DNA from: an uncultured Gemmatimonadales bacterium
Lineage (GTDB): Bacteria > Gemmatimonadota > Gemmatimonadetes > Gemmatimonadales > GWC2-71-9
Length of the DNA stretch: 64,000 nt
Reading direction: 5' to 3'
NCBI GenBank assembly: GCA_963779755.1
Contig: CAVZZO010000003.1
Location: 352,001 to 416,000 of the forward strand
Part shown: one piece after another, positions 19,578 through 29,423 of the stretch
How the letters are laid out: each line of letters begins with the position of its first letter
Position numbering within the stretch: the first letter of the stretch is position 1
Notes under the pieces: generated by a model
The model's database searches: none
The model's input: only the letters and a program-made list of their open reading frames with translations
What the model was told of the DNA's origin: nothing
Made by a program: the position numbers and the translations under genes

Positions 19578-19967
19578 TTAAACCGCCATCGGGCGGATGC
19601 TCGCCCGCACCCACTCCAAAAGCTGCTCCCGGCTCAGGCGGCCAGCCGCAACTCCCAGAATGACCTCTTCCGCCTTGTCCACCGAAGAAACCAGCTCCTG
19701 GCCATTGAGAACCAAGAAGACTTCCATAGCTGCGTGGCCGATCCGCTTGTTCCCGTCCACAAAGGGATGATTCTGGATCAGGCTAAACGCCAGGGCGGTC
19801 GCCTTGGCCGCGAGGTCCGGGTACAGGTCCTCTCCACCAAAGGTCATCCGTGGCTGGGCGAGCGCGGCCTCAAGCGCCCCGAGGTCCCGGATGCCAGAAG
19901 CGCCGCCGCTCTGATGGAGCAGACGGCGCTGAAGCTCAATCGCTTCGCCGAGTGTGAGGTACCGCAC
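19578..19967 (-). CDS. Doc/Fic-family toxin
   Basis: HPFVDGNKR motif. Confidence 0.9.
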   Translation of the reverse strand: MRYLTLGEAIELQRRLLHQSGGASGIRDLGALEAALAQPRMTFGGEDLYPDLAAKATALAFSLIQNHPFVDGNKRIGHAAMEVFLVLNGQELVSSVDKAEEVILGVAAGRLSREQLLEWVRASIRPMAV

Positions 19968-19968
19968 C

Positions 19969-20163
19969 CTAGGCGAGCCGGCGATACAGTTCGCTGTTCT
20001 TGCTCAGAACACGACGCGCAGCTTCCTCGAAGTCCTTCTCGGGGTTCGCGATGAAGTCACGCACCGCCGCCGCGGCCAGATCCGCCGGGGGAACGCGCAA
20101 CTCCGCGGCGGCCTCCCGGAGGCGCCGCTCGGCATCGTCAGGCAGTTGGATCGAAAGGGTCAT
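19969..20163 (-). CDS. Antitoxin partner of Doc
   Basis: 64 aa ending KNSELYRRLA, directly upstream of doc. Confidence 0.8.
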   Translation of the reverse strand: MTLSIQLPDDAERRLREAAAELRVPPADLAAAAVRDFIANPEKDFEEAARRVLSKNSELYRRLA

Positions 20164-20427
20164 AGAGCCTCCGCTCCAATTCTAGCCCATCCGGACGCTC
20201 CGGGCCAGTTCTGGCGGTTTAACGAAGTGCGCGTGTGCTGCGGCGCGATGCCCAGCACCCTCACAAACCTACGTTTCCACCGCGCGACCGCGAGACCACT
20301 GGGAAATGCCCCAAGCGGCCGCAGCGCCGGCCCGCCTGCTGCAAACACTTGTTAGAGGGCTTTGCCTTGCTCGTACAACGATATAGCGATAGATTACGCA
20401 GTCGTTGTACAGGCCTAGGAGGACAGA

Positions 20428-20634
20428 GTGTCTATCGTCAAAGTGTCGCCCAAGTACCAGGTGGTCATCCCGCAAAAGATCCGGGAAGCCCTCGGGATTG
20501 CTCCGGGCCAGAAGGTCCAGGCTATCCAGTACGGCGACCGGATCGAGTTCATCCCCGTGAAGCGGTTGCGGCAAATGCGTGGCTTTCTTGGGGGCATCGA
20601 CACTGAGGTGCCCCGCGAAGCGGACCGGGTGTGA
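20428..20634 (+). CDS. AbrB/MazE-family antitoxin
   Basis: VKVSPKYQVVIPQKIRE. Confidence 0.88.
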   Translation: MSIVKVSPKYQVVIPQKIREALGIAPGQKVQAIQYGDRIEFIPVKRLRQMRGFLGGIDTEVPREADRV

Positions 20635-21005
20635 ACGTCGTCGACTCGTCGGCCTGGCTCGAGTACTTCGCCGATGGCCCGAACGCAGCTTTCTTCGCTC
20701 CAGCCATTGAGCAGACGGCCAAGCTTCTCATCCCCACCGTGTGCCTCTATGAAGTCTTCAAACGGGTTCTCCTGCAGCGGGGGGAGGGCCCTGCCCTCCA
20801 AGCCATTGCCCTCATGCAGCAAGGTACCCTGGTGGACTTGGACGGCCCGATTGCCCTCACGGCGGCCCGCCTCAGCTCCGATCTCAAGCTGCCGATGGCT
20901 GACAGCATTGTTCTCGCAAGCGCTCGGCACCATGCAGCAACGGTCTGGACGCAGGATGTGGATTTTGAGAGCCTCCCCGACGGTCGATTTGCCCGGAAGA
21001 AGTAG
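20631..21005 (+). CDS. VapC PIN toxin
   Basis: NVVDSSAWLEYF...LPMADS...WTQD. Confidence 0.9.
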   Translation: MNVVDSSAWLEYFADGPNAAFFAPAIEQTAKLLIPTVCLYEVFKRVLLQRGEGPALQAIALMQQGTLVDLDGPIALTAARLSSDLKLPMADSIVLASARHHAATVWTQDVDFESLPDGRFARKK

Positions 21006-21157
21006 GGGCAAAGCTGGCTAACGAAGTGCGTTTCAGCGGCGGCGCGATGCTCCGCGCCTCTCACAATCCTACGCTTCCACAGCGCGACCGCTAGATCCCC
21101 GGGGATGCGCCAGCGGCCTGCAGCCTCGGCGCGCCCGCTGGAAACGCTAGTTAGGCC

Positions 21158-21451
21158 TCATTCCCGACGCAGCCAACGGCGGGGGTGCCGGCGCCCATGG
21201 ATGATCCCGAGGACAGAGATCACCGACGGAAATACCCGGTAGTAGACCGCATAGGGGAACCGATGCAAAAGGGCCCGCCGAACGTTCGGGCGGACCTCGG
21301 GGAAGGCTTCAGGATGCTGACGAATGGCAAGGAACTCGTCGTCCAGGGCTTCGACGAACTGTCGCGCCCGCTCTAGTGACTTACTGGCATACCAGATAGT
21401 GGCCTCGGCGAGCTCGGTGCTGGCCTGTGACCGAAGCCTAAGAGGGAGCAC
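21158..21451 (-). CDS. ParE/RelE-family toxin
   Basis: RRALLHRFPYAVYY...HGRRHP. Confidence 0.85.
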   Translation of the reverse strand: MLPLRLRSQASTELAEATIWYASKSLERARQFVEALDDEFLAIRQHPEAFPEVRPNVRRALLHRFPYAVYYRVFPSVISVLGIIHGRRHPRRWLRRE

Positions 21452-21669
21452 TACTTGAGGTGACGCTTAAGGTCCGCCTTGACCGCGTCCCAATCGCGCC
21501 CACCCTCGGGGTCCTTCTCGGCCTGCCCCGACCGACGGTCCAGCTCGGCGGCGAGTTCCGGGGACATCGGGGCCGCCTCCTCGGCCTCGAGACTGTCCCA
21601 GATAGCCTCAAGGAGGTCGAGGCGCTCCTGAGGAGTCAGCCGGGAGATATCGACTTTGGGGTGTGCCAT
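21451..21669 (-). CDS. Addiction-module antitoxin component
   Basis: LTPQERLDLLEAIWDSL...ELDRR...W. Confidence 0.85.
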   Translation of the reverse strand: MAHPKVDISRLTPQERLDLLEAIWDSLEAEEAAPMSPELAAELDRRSGQAEKDPEGGRDWDAVKADLKRHLK

Positions 21670-21853
21670 GCTTCAATCTCGGTCCGGGGCCCCAGGTAGG
21701 CAAGATCAGGGCAATGAGGCCTAACGAAGTGCGTGTAAGCGGCGGCGCGATGCCCCGCCCTCTCACAATCCTACGCTTCCACAGCGCGACCGCTAAATGC
21801 CCGGGAGATGCAACGACTCGCCGCAGCTCCGGCCCGCTCGCTGGAAACGCTAG

Positions 21854-22047
21854 TTAAGCGTCAGGGCGCGGGGATCTCAAGATCCCGGCAGATCTTGCGC
21901 GCCAGATGCTCATTTAGCTCGCGATGCCGAGGCACCGTCGTGGCCTTGCGGGCCGTCCGGTTGACATAAACCGAATGGGCGCCACCCTCCCGAAAGGAGT
22001 TGGCACCCATTGTCCTCAAGGTGCTTGATCAGATCGCGACGCTTCAC
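21854..22047 (-). pseudogene. HicA toxin with a 1-nt frameshift
   Basis: MKRRDLIKHL..GC then REGGAHSVYVN...TVPRHREL in another frame. Confidence 0.7.
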
Positions 22048-22265
22048 GCCGAGATACGCAGAGGCTCGCGGATTACCGCCTGGCCGGCGAGGGACTCCTC
22101 AGCGAGGGTGCGGTTGGCCTCCAGGACAAGGTGAATTGCCTCCTGGAGATTCTGCCGGGCCTCGTCGAGGGTTGCACCCTGGGTATTCGCGCCCGGCAGC
22201 TCCTCTACGAAACCGATATACCCCTCGGGAACCTCTTGGAAAACGGCCGTAAGCTGGAGCTGCAT
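22044..22265 (-). CDS. HicB-family antitoxin (short)
   Basis: VEELPGANTQGATLDEARQNLQEA. Confidence 0.85.
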   Translation of the reverse strand: MQLQLTAVFQEVPEGYIGFVEELPGANTQGATLDEARQNLQEAIHLVLEANRTLAEESLAGQAVIREPLRISA

Positions 22266-22447
22266 GGGGGCTCCTCCTTGGAGCCTGAAATATAGCGGCG
22301 ACCGGTCCCTGACGCTTAACGAAGTGCGCGTGTGCTGCGGCGCGAACCCGCGCTCCTTCACAAACCTACGTTTCCACAGCGCGACAGCTAGATCCCCGGG
22401 AGATGCGCCGCCAGCCCGCGCGACCGGCCCGTCAGAACGACGCGCTC

Positions 22448-22903
22448 ATGTACGCGGATCCTTTCGGGCTGCTTGCCCAGGATTGTTGTATCGAAACGGG
22501 GGATTGGCGAAAGGATAACCTGCTTCACCCTGCTGTCTACAGCGGCAAGAGAGACAACCCGATGCTGGGAGTAGCTGTGGGTCTCCTGGCCGTTGCAGGT
22601 GGGGCCGAACTGGCTGCTCCCAGGTTATTTGCCGCGGCCACCGCTGCTCTTCCTAAGGTACCGTTTGAGAAATTCCAGGACTGGGGACGAAATGTTGTCC
22701 AATGGGGCCGTGGGGCAGCGGGGGCAATTCAGCGGGTTTCTGAAGTGACGGCCGAGCAGGCCTCTAAATTGGATCCACAGAAAGTGAAGATGGCTCGCGA
22801 CTTCTACCAGAAAGCTGTTGATGCTGGCCGAGGGGGAGCCGCCGCACCCGAACGAGTAAAGCTGATGGAACGCATTTTAGACCTGCAGCAGAGAACCCAT
22901 TAG
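22448..22903 (+). CDS. Orphan Rhs-type toxin C-terminal tip B (DUF4951-like C-terminus)
   Basis: Begins MYADPFGL, hydrophobic middle, WGRGAAGA...RDFY...RVKLM; DUF4951 resemblance is from recollection. Confidence 0.7.
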   Translation: MYADPFGLLAQDCCIETGDWRKDNLLHPAVYSGKRDNPMLGVAVGLLAVAGGAELAAPRLFAAATAALPKVPFEKFQDWGRNVVQWGRGAAGAIQRVSEVTAEQASKLDPQKVKMARDFYQKAVDAGRGGAAAPERVKLMERILDLQQRTH

Positions 22904-22949
22904 TGGCTCGGTCCGGTCTATTCGAGCATTGCAACACGGAGGAAGAGCC

Positions 22950-23198
22950 ATGCTGGAAGCAGCGGTCACACTTCGGCTTACGAATAGATGCGAAACTGCG
23001 CGGAAGCTCGTGATTGAGCCATGGACCACCGAGTTTCGACTGCAACCTGGGCACACTTACGACTTGGTGATATCAGGGGACCTTGGCCTCCCCTTAGAGG
23101 TTGAGTTCGAGGACGACGAACTAACCGTATACACTTTCGATTCCGCCAATGCCTCCTTCAAGATTTCCGAAGGCGGGGCTGAACTTAAACCACTGTAG
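22950..23198 (+). CDS. Putative immunity protein B
   Basis: GGAGG RBS, small acidic protein after the toxin, IEPW motif shared with 40756-41010. Confidence 0.65.
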   Translation: MLEAAVTLRLTNRCETARKLVIEPWTTEFRLQPGHTYDLVISGDLGLPLEVEFEDDELTVYTFDSANASFKISEGGAELKPL

Positions 23199-23687
23199 GA
23201 GCCCGGCCCTGTCTAGCCTGGGGCGCTCGGGGCGCCTCCGGGTTGTCGGGCCTGAACTCCGAGGGGTCGGGTCTAGTTAGGAGCCTCGCGGGCTGCCGCG
23301 CGTGGCGGACCTCGGCCGGCGGAAAAGGAAAGTGGTGGGGGCCCCACGAGTTCAGCGGAACCCATCGGCTCCAGACCTGCCGCGAGCCGGCTCCCTCGTC
23401 GGGCGTCATGCGCCCACGGGAGCAGACGGGGTCACCCCACCGGCTCCAAGGTGCTACCCGGTCCTTCGATTGTCAAAGAGCGCCGCGTTCCGCGTGCCGG
23501 CGGGATCCTGGCACCACCCTCATAGGTCGTTGAGGCTCGGGGCCTCCCACATCTTCATGGATGCTCTCCGATCCGCGGCCGGGCGGCCAGCCATACTCTG
23601 TGCGCGGAACTCACCGAAGACGCCGGCGGCTCAAGGCAAATAGAGGGCGGCCCGGCCGCGCACGCGCGGCTCCCCCCCGGTCTCCGA

Positions 23688-24956
23688 CTATTCGATCACC
23701 ACCGGCTCTGCGTGATGCCGCTGGGTCTCCCAGCGCTCCCGGTCGAACGGCTGGCCCGACTGGAGCACGGCCAGGAGGAGCGGCACCAGCTTGCGGGCCA
23801 CCGCGCAGACCGCCTTGGTCCGGAGCCCCCCGTTACGGGCGAGCAGGGCCTGATAGTACGCGCGGTAGAGCCCCCGGGGCTGGCACCAGCGGCCGCCCAG
23901 GAGGAACAGCTGGCGGCGGAGCAGCGGCCGGCCCCGTTTGGACTGTTTGCGCCGCCCCTGCACGCTGCCGCTGGAACGCTCGACCAGATTCATGCCTGCG
24001 AGTTTCAGCACCTGGCGGGGATGAGTGAAGCGCTCCGGAGTGCCCAGCTCGGCCACAATCGTAGCCGCACAGGTGGCACTCACCTCGGGAATGGTGGTCA
24101 GCGCCTTGGCGGCGGGACACTGCTCCACCAAGGCGGCGATCTGCTGGTTCAACACCGCGAGCTGCTCCCGCAGGAGGTCCCAGCGGGCCAGGAGCTGCTG
24201 GATCTCCAACCGCCGCTCGGGAGCGGCGTCGGCCAGGGCGACACTGGTGCGGGCGGACTCGCGCAGGACGTGGAGCCGCTCCGGGCCCACGTGGCCCCGC
24301 GAGACGGACCGCGCCAGGCGCGTCACCGCGGCCGGGGCGGCCGCCAGGAAGTCCTGCGGCAGCGGCCAACGCGCCAGCAGGGCGCGCGGGGTGGGCTTGC
24401 GCACCTGCGAGAAGTGCGTCAGGAACTCGGGCCAGGCCAGGTCGAGCAGGCTCTGGAGACGGTTCTTGAACCGGGTTTCCTCGACGGTTAACCGGTGCCG
24501 GTGGGTGGTGAGCAGCCGCAGCTCGAGATACGGGGGCTGCAGCGCCGGATACCCCACGAAGATCCCCAGGCTCACCAGCTTGCAGATCTCGGCGGCATCC
24601 TTCGCGTCCGTCTTGTTGGGGCTGTTATCCTCCAGTTCCTTGGCCCGCTTGGTGTGGGCCGGCAGGATATTGACCAGCGCATAGCCGCGCGCCCGCAGGC
24701 ACTCGGCAAACGTGAAGCCGTGATGGCCGGCGAACTCCAGCCCCACCAGCATCTGTCCGGGCCGGACGCCGGGAAACCAGGCCGTCAACTGCGCCGCGGC
24801 GGCCTCGAAGCCTGCGCGGCTCACCGGCACTCGGACCGGCTTCGTCCGCCGGCCATCGGGGCCCTGGGCGACCAGGACGTGAACGCGCTTGGCGGTGTCC
24901 ACACCCACGTGGACGGGAAACCAGCGGGCGTAGGCGGACTTCTCATCGGGGGTCAT
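23688..24956 (-). CDS. IS110-family recombinase/transposase
   Basis: Near-identical to 15436-16704 with variant termini. Confidence 0.95.
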   Translation of the reverse strand: MTPDEKSAYARWFPVHVGVDTAKRVHVLVAQGPDGRRTKPVRVPVSRAGFEAAAAQLTAWFPGVRPGQMLVGLEFAGHHGFTFAECLRARGYALVNILPAHTKRAKELEDNSPNKTDAKDAAEICKLVSLGIFVGYPALQPPYLELRLLTTHRHRLTVEETRFKNRLQSLLDLAWPEFLTHFSQVRKPTPRALLARWPLPQDFLAAAPAAVTRLARSVSRGHVGPERLHVLRESARTSVALADAAPERRLEIQQLLARWDLLREQLAVLNQQIAALVEQCPAAKALTTIPEVSATCAATIVAELGTPERFTHPRQVLKLAGMNLVERSSGSVQGRRKQSKRGRPLLRRQLFLLGGRWCQPRGLYRAYYQALLARNGGLRTKAVCAVARKLVPLLLAVLQSGQPFDRERWETQRHHAEPVVIE

Positions 24957-25065
24957 AGCGCGGCTCCGGGTGGAAGGAATCACAGGAGTCGCGGAAGGAG
25001 CTACGGGCCGCGCCGCGGCGTCAAGCGGGTATAGATGTCTAGTTAGGCTTCACTGCGCATTCAAC

Positions 25066-25446
25066 TTATCCGAAGCGTTCTCTGAAGCCTTCCTGTGCCT
25101 CGCTGATAATAGGCAAGAGCTCGTGCTCGGCGACTTGAACAGTTTCGATACCAAGCCGCTCCGCCTCACTGGCTACGGACTGAGCTACCAGATCCTTCGG
25201 AAGAAGCAGGGTCTTTGGCCAGCGCCTCTTATGATCATGCGCCTCCTTCAGCAGACGCTTTGCCTCGAGCTGACTGGGCTCCGCCTGATCTACTGGAACG
25301 GGCGCGGAGCTGAGAATGAAGCAGCTCGCCGCGTCCATCAGTGCAAGAAAATGGAAATCCCCGTCCTGCTCTGTGCGGATGGGCTCCTTGTTCAGTTTGA
25401 ACCAGATCCAGGCTTGGTTGATTTCGAACTGATTTGGGTGGAGCAC
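25066..25446 (-). CDS. Hypothetical protein (cassette)
   Basis: ORF fills the cassette bounded by GTTAGGCTTCAC and GTGAAGCCTAAC. Confidence 0.65.
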   Translation of the reverse strand: MLHPNQFEINQAWIWFKLNKEPIRTEQDGDFHFLALMDAASCFILSSAPVPVDQAEPSQLEAKRLLKEAHDHKRRWPKTLLLPKDLVAQSVASEAERLGIETVQVAEHELLPIISEAQEGFRERFG

Positions 25447-25599
25447 TGGTGAACCTCTGGTGAAGCCTAACGAAGTGCGTTTCAGCGGCGGCGCGATGCC
25501 CCGCTCCTCCACAATCCTACGCTTCCACAGCGCGACCGCTAGATCCGGGGGCAATGCACCAACAGGCAGCAGCACCGGCCCGCCCGCTGGAAACGCTAG

Positions 25600-26100
25600 T
25601 TAGGGTCGCAGGCGCTCGACACCCAAGTGAACCGGTTTCCACGAGTCGAAACCGGTACCGATCAGCGCGCCGAGAGCACCCCACGTCAGGCCAGTACCGA
25701 TTATGGCTCCGGCTTCCCCCTGACCTGCAGGTCGCTGCTCCGCTGTGCCGACCACATAGACCAAGGCCAGGCCGGCGCCCACGAGCGCACCGATCACCGC
25801 TCCTCGCCGTGCTTGGTTGCCTTGGCGTACTTCGACGAGGCTCAACCCGGCCGCGGGCCGGCGAATGGTGTCCGCGGCCCCCCTCGCAGTGCACGCGGGA
25901 CTCGGGTAGCTGCAATACACGATAGTATCCGTCTGGGCACCGAGTGGCGACAGCAAACGCCCACGCGCTGGAGGAGCGAGGGACCACGTCAGACGCACCA
26001 CACTCCCAACGGGGAGAACGGCTAGGGAGTCCCTCTTCTGGGCACCGGCAATCGCTGGCCACAGAAGGAGCAGGGCGACTGCAAAGAAGGCATGCCGCAT
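25600..26100 (-). CDS. Hypothetical exported glycine-zipper membrane protein (cassette)
   Basis: Signal peptide MRHAFFAVALLLL; stop in attC TAA; duplicated at 37368-37868. Confidence 0.7.
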   Translation of the reverse strand: MRHAFFAVALLLLWPAIAGAQKRDSLAVLPVGSVVRLTWSLAPPARGRLLSPLGAQTDTIVYCSYPSPACTARGAADTIRRPAAGLSLVEVRQGNQARRGAVIGALVGAGLALVYVVGTAEQRPAGQGEAGAIIGTGLTWGALGALIGTGFDSWKPVHLGVERLRP

Positions 26101-26324
26101 GTGCCGGGCCCGTGGAAGGAGACCTTCTGCCACTACTTGTTCTCCGTCCTCCAGCCGTGACCTAGTCGACTTGCTGCGCCCTAACGAAGTGCGTTTCAGC
26201 GGCGGCGCGATGCCCCGCTCCCTCACAATCCTACGCTTCCACAGCGCGGCCGCTAGATGTTTGGAGTTGCGCCAGGCGGCAGCAGCCCCGGCCCGTCCGC
26301 TGGAAACGCTAGTTACGCAGCAGC

Positions 26325-26537
26325 CTAAAGGTCGTTCGGAGTGAGCCCGGTATGCTTCGAGATTCGGGCGAGCATTCTGGGACCGATCTCCTCTTGGTCA
26401 TGGAAGGCAAAGACGAAGTCAGGCCAGCCTGCCCGACTCAACGTCCGGTGGGAGCCGGATTCGCGCTTGACAGACCAGCCGATCCGGAGAAGAGCCGCCA
26501 AGACCCGTCGGGCCTTGGCAGCTCCCCAGCTACTCAT
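26325..26537 (-). CDS. HicA-family toxin
   Basis: LLRIGWSVKRESGSH...H...IGPRMLARI. Confidence 0.85.
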   Translation of the reverse strand: MSSWGAAKARRVLAALLRIGWSVKRESGSHRTLSRAGWPDFVFAFHDQEEIGPRMLARISKHTGLTPNDL

Positions 26538-26740
26538 GCGGCCTGAAAGCTAAGGTTCAGGAGTTCGGGGACAGCCTCGCCATGCTCCAAGCGTTCGGCC
26601 AAGGAACGCAAGGCCAGGGCTTGGACCCTCGCCACGGCGTCAGGCCGCGTGACCCCGTAGGCCATCACGCCCGGGAGGTCCTGGACCTCCGCAAGCCAAC
26701 GGCCATCAGTCTCCTGTTCGACCTCGATACGGAGAATCAC
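26534..26740 (-). CDS. HicB-family antitoxin (short)
   Basis: EQETDGRWLAEVQDLPGVMAYG. Confidence 0.85.
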   Translation of the reverse strand: MILRIEVEQETDGRWLAEVQDLPGVMAYGVTRPDAVARVQALALRSLAERLEHGEAVPELLNLSFQAA

Positions 26741-26943
26741 GGCGTTCCTCCAAGGCTAGTTTGCTTGGCCCAAATCTAACTGGGAAGCGGCCTTGCTGCG
26801 TAACGAAGTGCGCGTGTGCTGCAGCGCGATCCCGACTTCCTTCACAAACCTACGTTTCCGCAGCGCGGCCGCTAGATCCCTCGGAGATGCCCCACCCGGC
26901 GGCAGCACCGGCCTGCAGAACGACGCGCTTGTTACACAGCACC

Positions 26944-27213
26944 CTAGAGGTCTTGGATCAGCCGCTCGTACTCGTCGTGGGAGCCAATCCAAAACCAAAG
27001 AATGAGCTCGCCCTCGCGCACGCCAAGAGCGCGATACCCCAGACTGACCCGGGCGGAGTAGATCGGCTGTGTGGCGTGGACTGGCTTGAAATGCAGGCTT
27101 GGGTGCTGCGGGTCGTCACGGAATTGCTGATAGGCCTTGCGGGCTCGCTCCTGCACATGGACCGGTAAGGCCCCGAACGCCTTCCGGAACCGGGCCGTGG
27201 TCCTGGAGATCAA
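26944..27213 (-). CDS. RelE/ParE-like toxin
   Basis: HPSLHFK...YSARVSLGYRALG...WFWIGSHDEY. Confidence 0.85.
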   Translation of the reverse strand: MISRTTARFRKAFGALPVHVQERARKAYQQFRDDPQHPSLHFKPVHATQPIYSARVSLGYRALGVREGELILWFWIGSHDEYERLIQDL

Positions 27214-27428
27214 AGCCGGTCGGGATCTAGAGCCTCTGATCGGCCGGCCCGATGCTCCTCCAGGGCCTCCTGGGCCAGCCTCTGCAGCTGATCTCCAGAG
27301 GCACCCAAGAGGGCTTCCCACCGCGCATCGGCGGCCAATTCTTCCAGGATCGCGGCGGCAAGCTCGTCCTGGTCCTTGGGGGGGAGCCGGGAGGCCACTT
27401 CAAAGGCCTTCTTCAGGTTACGGGTCAT
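27210..27428 (-). CDS. Antitoxin
   Basis: 72 aa acidic protein overlapping the toxin start. Confidence 0.75.
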   Translation of the reverse strand: MTRNLKKAFEVASRLPPKDQDELAAAILEELAADARWEALLGASGDQLQRLAQEALEEHRAGRSEALDPDRL

Positions 27429-27611
27429 GCTGGATGATATGGCAAAGGAGAGCGGCGCGCTAGCCGCGCCTCAGTGCTGTGTAACGAAGTGCGCGTGTGC
27501 TGCAGCGCGGTCCTTCAGGATTTCACAAACCTACGCTTCCACAGCCGCGCCGCCAGGAGGCCGGAGTGTGGGCCAGGGGCCTGCGCGACTGGCCTGCAGA
27601 ACGACGCGCTT

Positions 27612-27825
27612 GTTATATGGCGAAACGCTCTCGGCCTCAACCGGAACCGGGGCCAAATGCCTGGGCCGCCTCACGGAGACCGGGGCGCCGGCACCTGTTG
27701 GAACTTCTGCCGCGCTTTGATGCATGGCGGCCCGAACAGCGCCCTCAAGGAACTTGGGCGGCCACCACCAGATGCTGTTGTACATCAAAAGAGAACGAGC
27801 AGTCCAGCCCGTTCGACCATATAAC
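27612..27825 (-). other. ORF-less cassette family C (copies 41627-41840, 51256-51469, 51596-51809)
   Basis: ~210 bp between attC sites, ends GTTATATGG and CCATATAAC, no ORF stopping within the cassette. Confidence 0.8.
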
Positions 27826-27952
27826 GAAGTGCGCGTGTGCTGCAGCGCGATCCCTCAGGTTCTCACAAACCTACGCTTCCACAGCCGCGGCGCCAGGAGG
27901 CCCGGGCGAGGGCCGGCGGTCCGCGCGACCGGCCTGCAGAACGACGCGCTTG

Positions 27953-28357
27953 TTAGGTTGCTGCAGGATGCCCGCTGCGCCGGCGCCATTCAAAGACGAC
28001 GACCAGGGCGAGAACGAGCAGAATGGGAGCCGTCAGTACCCCTGGGGTATAGCCTCCTTGCTGCCAGGACCACAACGGATGACCGACGCCGTTGATGACT
28101 TCGATGGTCACCCAGAACGTGACAATCGCTCCCGTCCCACGCCAGCCGCGCCTCACGGGCCAGATAAAGCACCAAACCCCAAAAGCAACGAGGGCGACAT
28201 TGAGGACCGCAAACCCGACCTGCCGGTTGCTCGACACTAAGCCGGTGAGAATGCGGGCTGGCGGGAAGGAGTCGTAGAGCTTGCCCAGATATTCCTCGAC
28301 CGAGTGCGCTGCCTGGCCAAGTACCAGTGCTCCAAACGCCAAGTGAAAGCGAGACAT
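27953..28357 (-). CDS. HXXEE-domain membrane protein (cassette)
   Basis: HSVEE motif and YTPGVLTA; stop in attC TAA. Confidence 0.85.
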   Translation of the reverse strand: MSRFHLAFGALVLGQAAHSVEEYLGKLYDSFPPARILTGLVSSNRQVGFAVLNVALVAFGVWCFIWPVRRGWRGTGAIVTFWVTIEVINGVGHPLWSWQQGGYTPGVLTAPILLVLALVVVFEWRRRSGHPAAT

Positions 28358-28501
28358 GCTTGGCAGCAACCTAACGAAGTGCGCGTGTGCTGCAGCGCGG
28401 TCCTTCAGGTTCTCACAAACCTACGTTTCCTTAGCCGCGCCGCCAGGAGGCTCGGCCGATGCCAGGCAGCCAGCGCGACCGGCCTGCAGAACGACGCGCT
28501 T

Positions 28502-28797
28502 GTTAGCAACCAGCTGCGCACGGCGGCCTAGGCTAGCCCGGAGCCCGCGCCCCGAAGCCCTGGCCGCCCGCTGGGAACGGTGCGGCGCGGGGACGGCCCG
28601 GTGGCGTGGAACTCTCACGGCACCTGCCCTGCCCCGACCGCGCCGGGCTCCAGAAGCCCTGGGCGGCGGATTCGTTTGAGCCTTTCTGCACGGAGGCGGG
28701 GCCGCCCGCAAGGAGTTGCTCTCGGGTTCCTGAGCTCCGCGGCCCTCATGGGGCCCACCAAAGAGACCCGCTGCGGTGCCTCGCTTGTGTTGCTAAC
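28502..28797 (-). other. ORF-less cassette family B (copies 39083-39376, 39503-39799, 41967-42263; variants 43182-43482, 46306-46612)
   Basis: ~295 bp, ends GTTAGCAAC and GTTGCTAAC, very GC-rich, no credible ORF. Confidence 0.8.
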
Positions 28798-28922
28798 GAA
28801 GTGCGCGTGTGCTGCAGCGCGATCCCTCAGGATTTCACAAACTTACGCTTCCACAGCCGCGCCGCCAGGAGGCCGGAGCATGGGCCCGCGGCCCGCGCGA
28901 CGGCCTGCAGAACGACGCGCTC

Positions 28923-29377
28923 ATGTACGCGGATCCTTTCGGGCTGCCTGCCCAGGATTGTTGTATCGAAACGGGGGATTGGCGAAAGGATAACCTGCTT
29001 CACCCTGCTGTCTACAGCGGCAAGAGAGACAACCCGATGCTGGGAGTAGCTGTGGGTCTCCTGGCCGTTGCAGGTGGGGCCGAACTGGCTGCTCCCAGGT
29101 TATTTGCCGCGGCCACCGCTGCTCTTCCTAAGGTACCGTTTGAGAAATTCCAGGACTGGGGACGAAATGTTGTCCAATGGGGCCGTGGGGCAGCGGGGGC
29201 AATTCAGCGGGTTTCTGAAGTGACGGCGAGCAGGCCTCTAAATTGGATCCACAGAAAGTGAAGATGGCTCGCGACTTCTACCAGAAAGCTGTTGATGCTG
29301 GCCGAGGGGGAGCCGCCGCACCCGAACGAGTAAAGCTGATGGAACGCATTTTAGACCTGCAGCAGAGAACCCATTAG
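28923..29377 (+). pseudogene. Toxin tip B, frameshifted copy
   Basis: Same as 22448-22903 apart from a 1-nt deletion near 29227 and a substitution near the start. Confidence 0.75.
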
Positions 29378-29423
29378 TGGCTCGGTCCGGTCTATTCGAG
29401 CATTGCAACACGGAGGAAGAGCC

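Larger units (their letters stand above)
22447..25040 (-). mobile_element. IS110-family composite element, copy 2, inserted in attC with toxin-immunity cargo B
   Basis: The attC from 22317 breaks after GACGCGCT (22446) and resumes AGTTAGG at 25041; same ends as copy 1. Confidence 0.9.

Noticed and set aside
27531..27788. Conserved peptide SIWWWPP or ISWWAP in ORF-less families
   Set aside because: Frames run through the attC without a consistent stop, lack an RBS and are broken by indels among copies; DNA-level conservation explains them. Not fully excluded without ribosome profiling.
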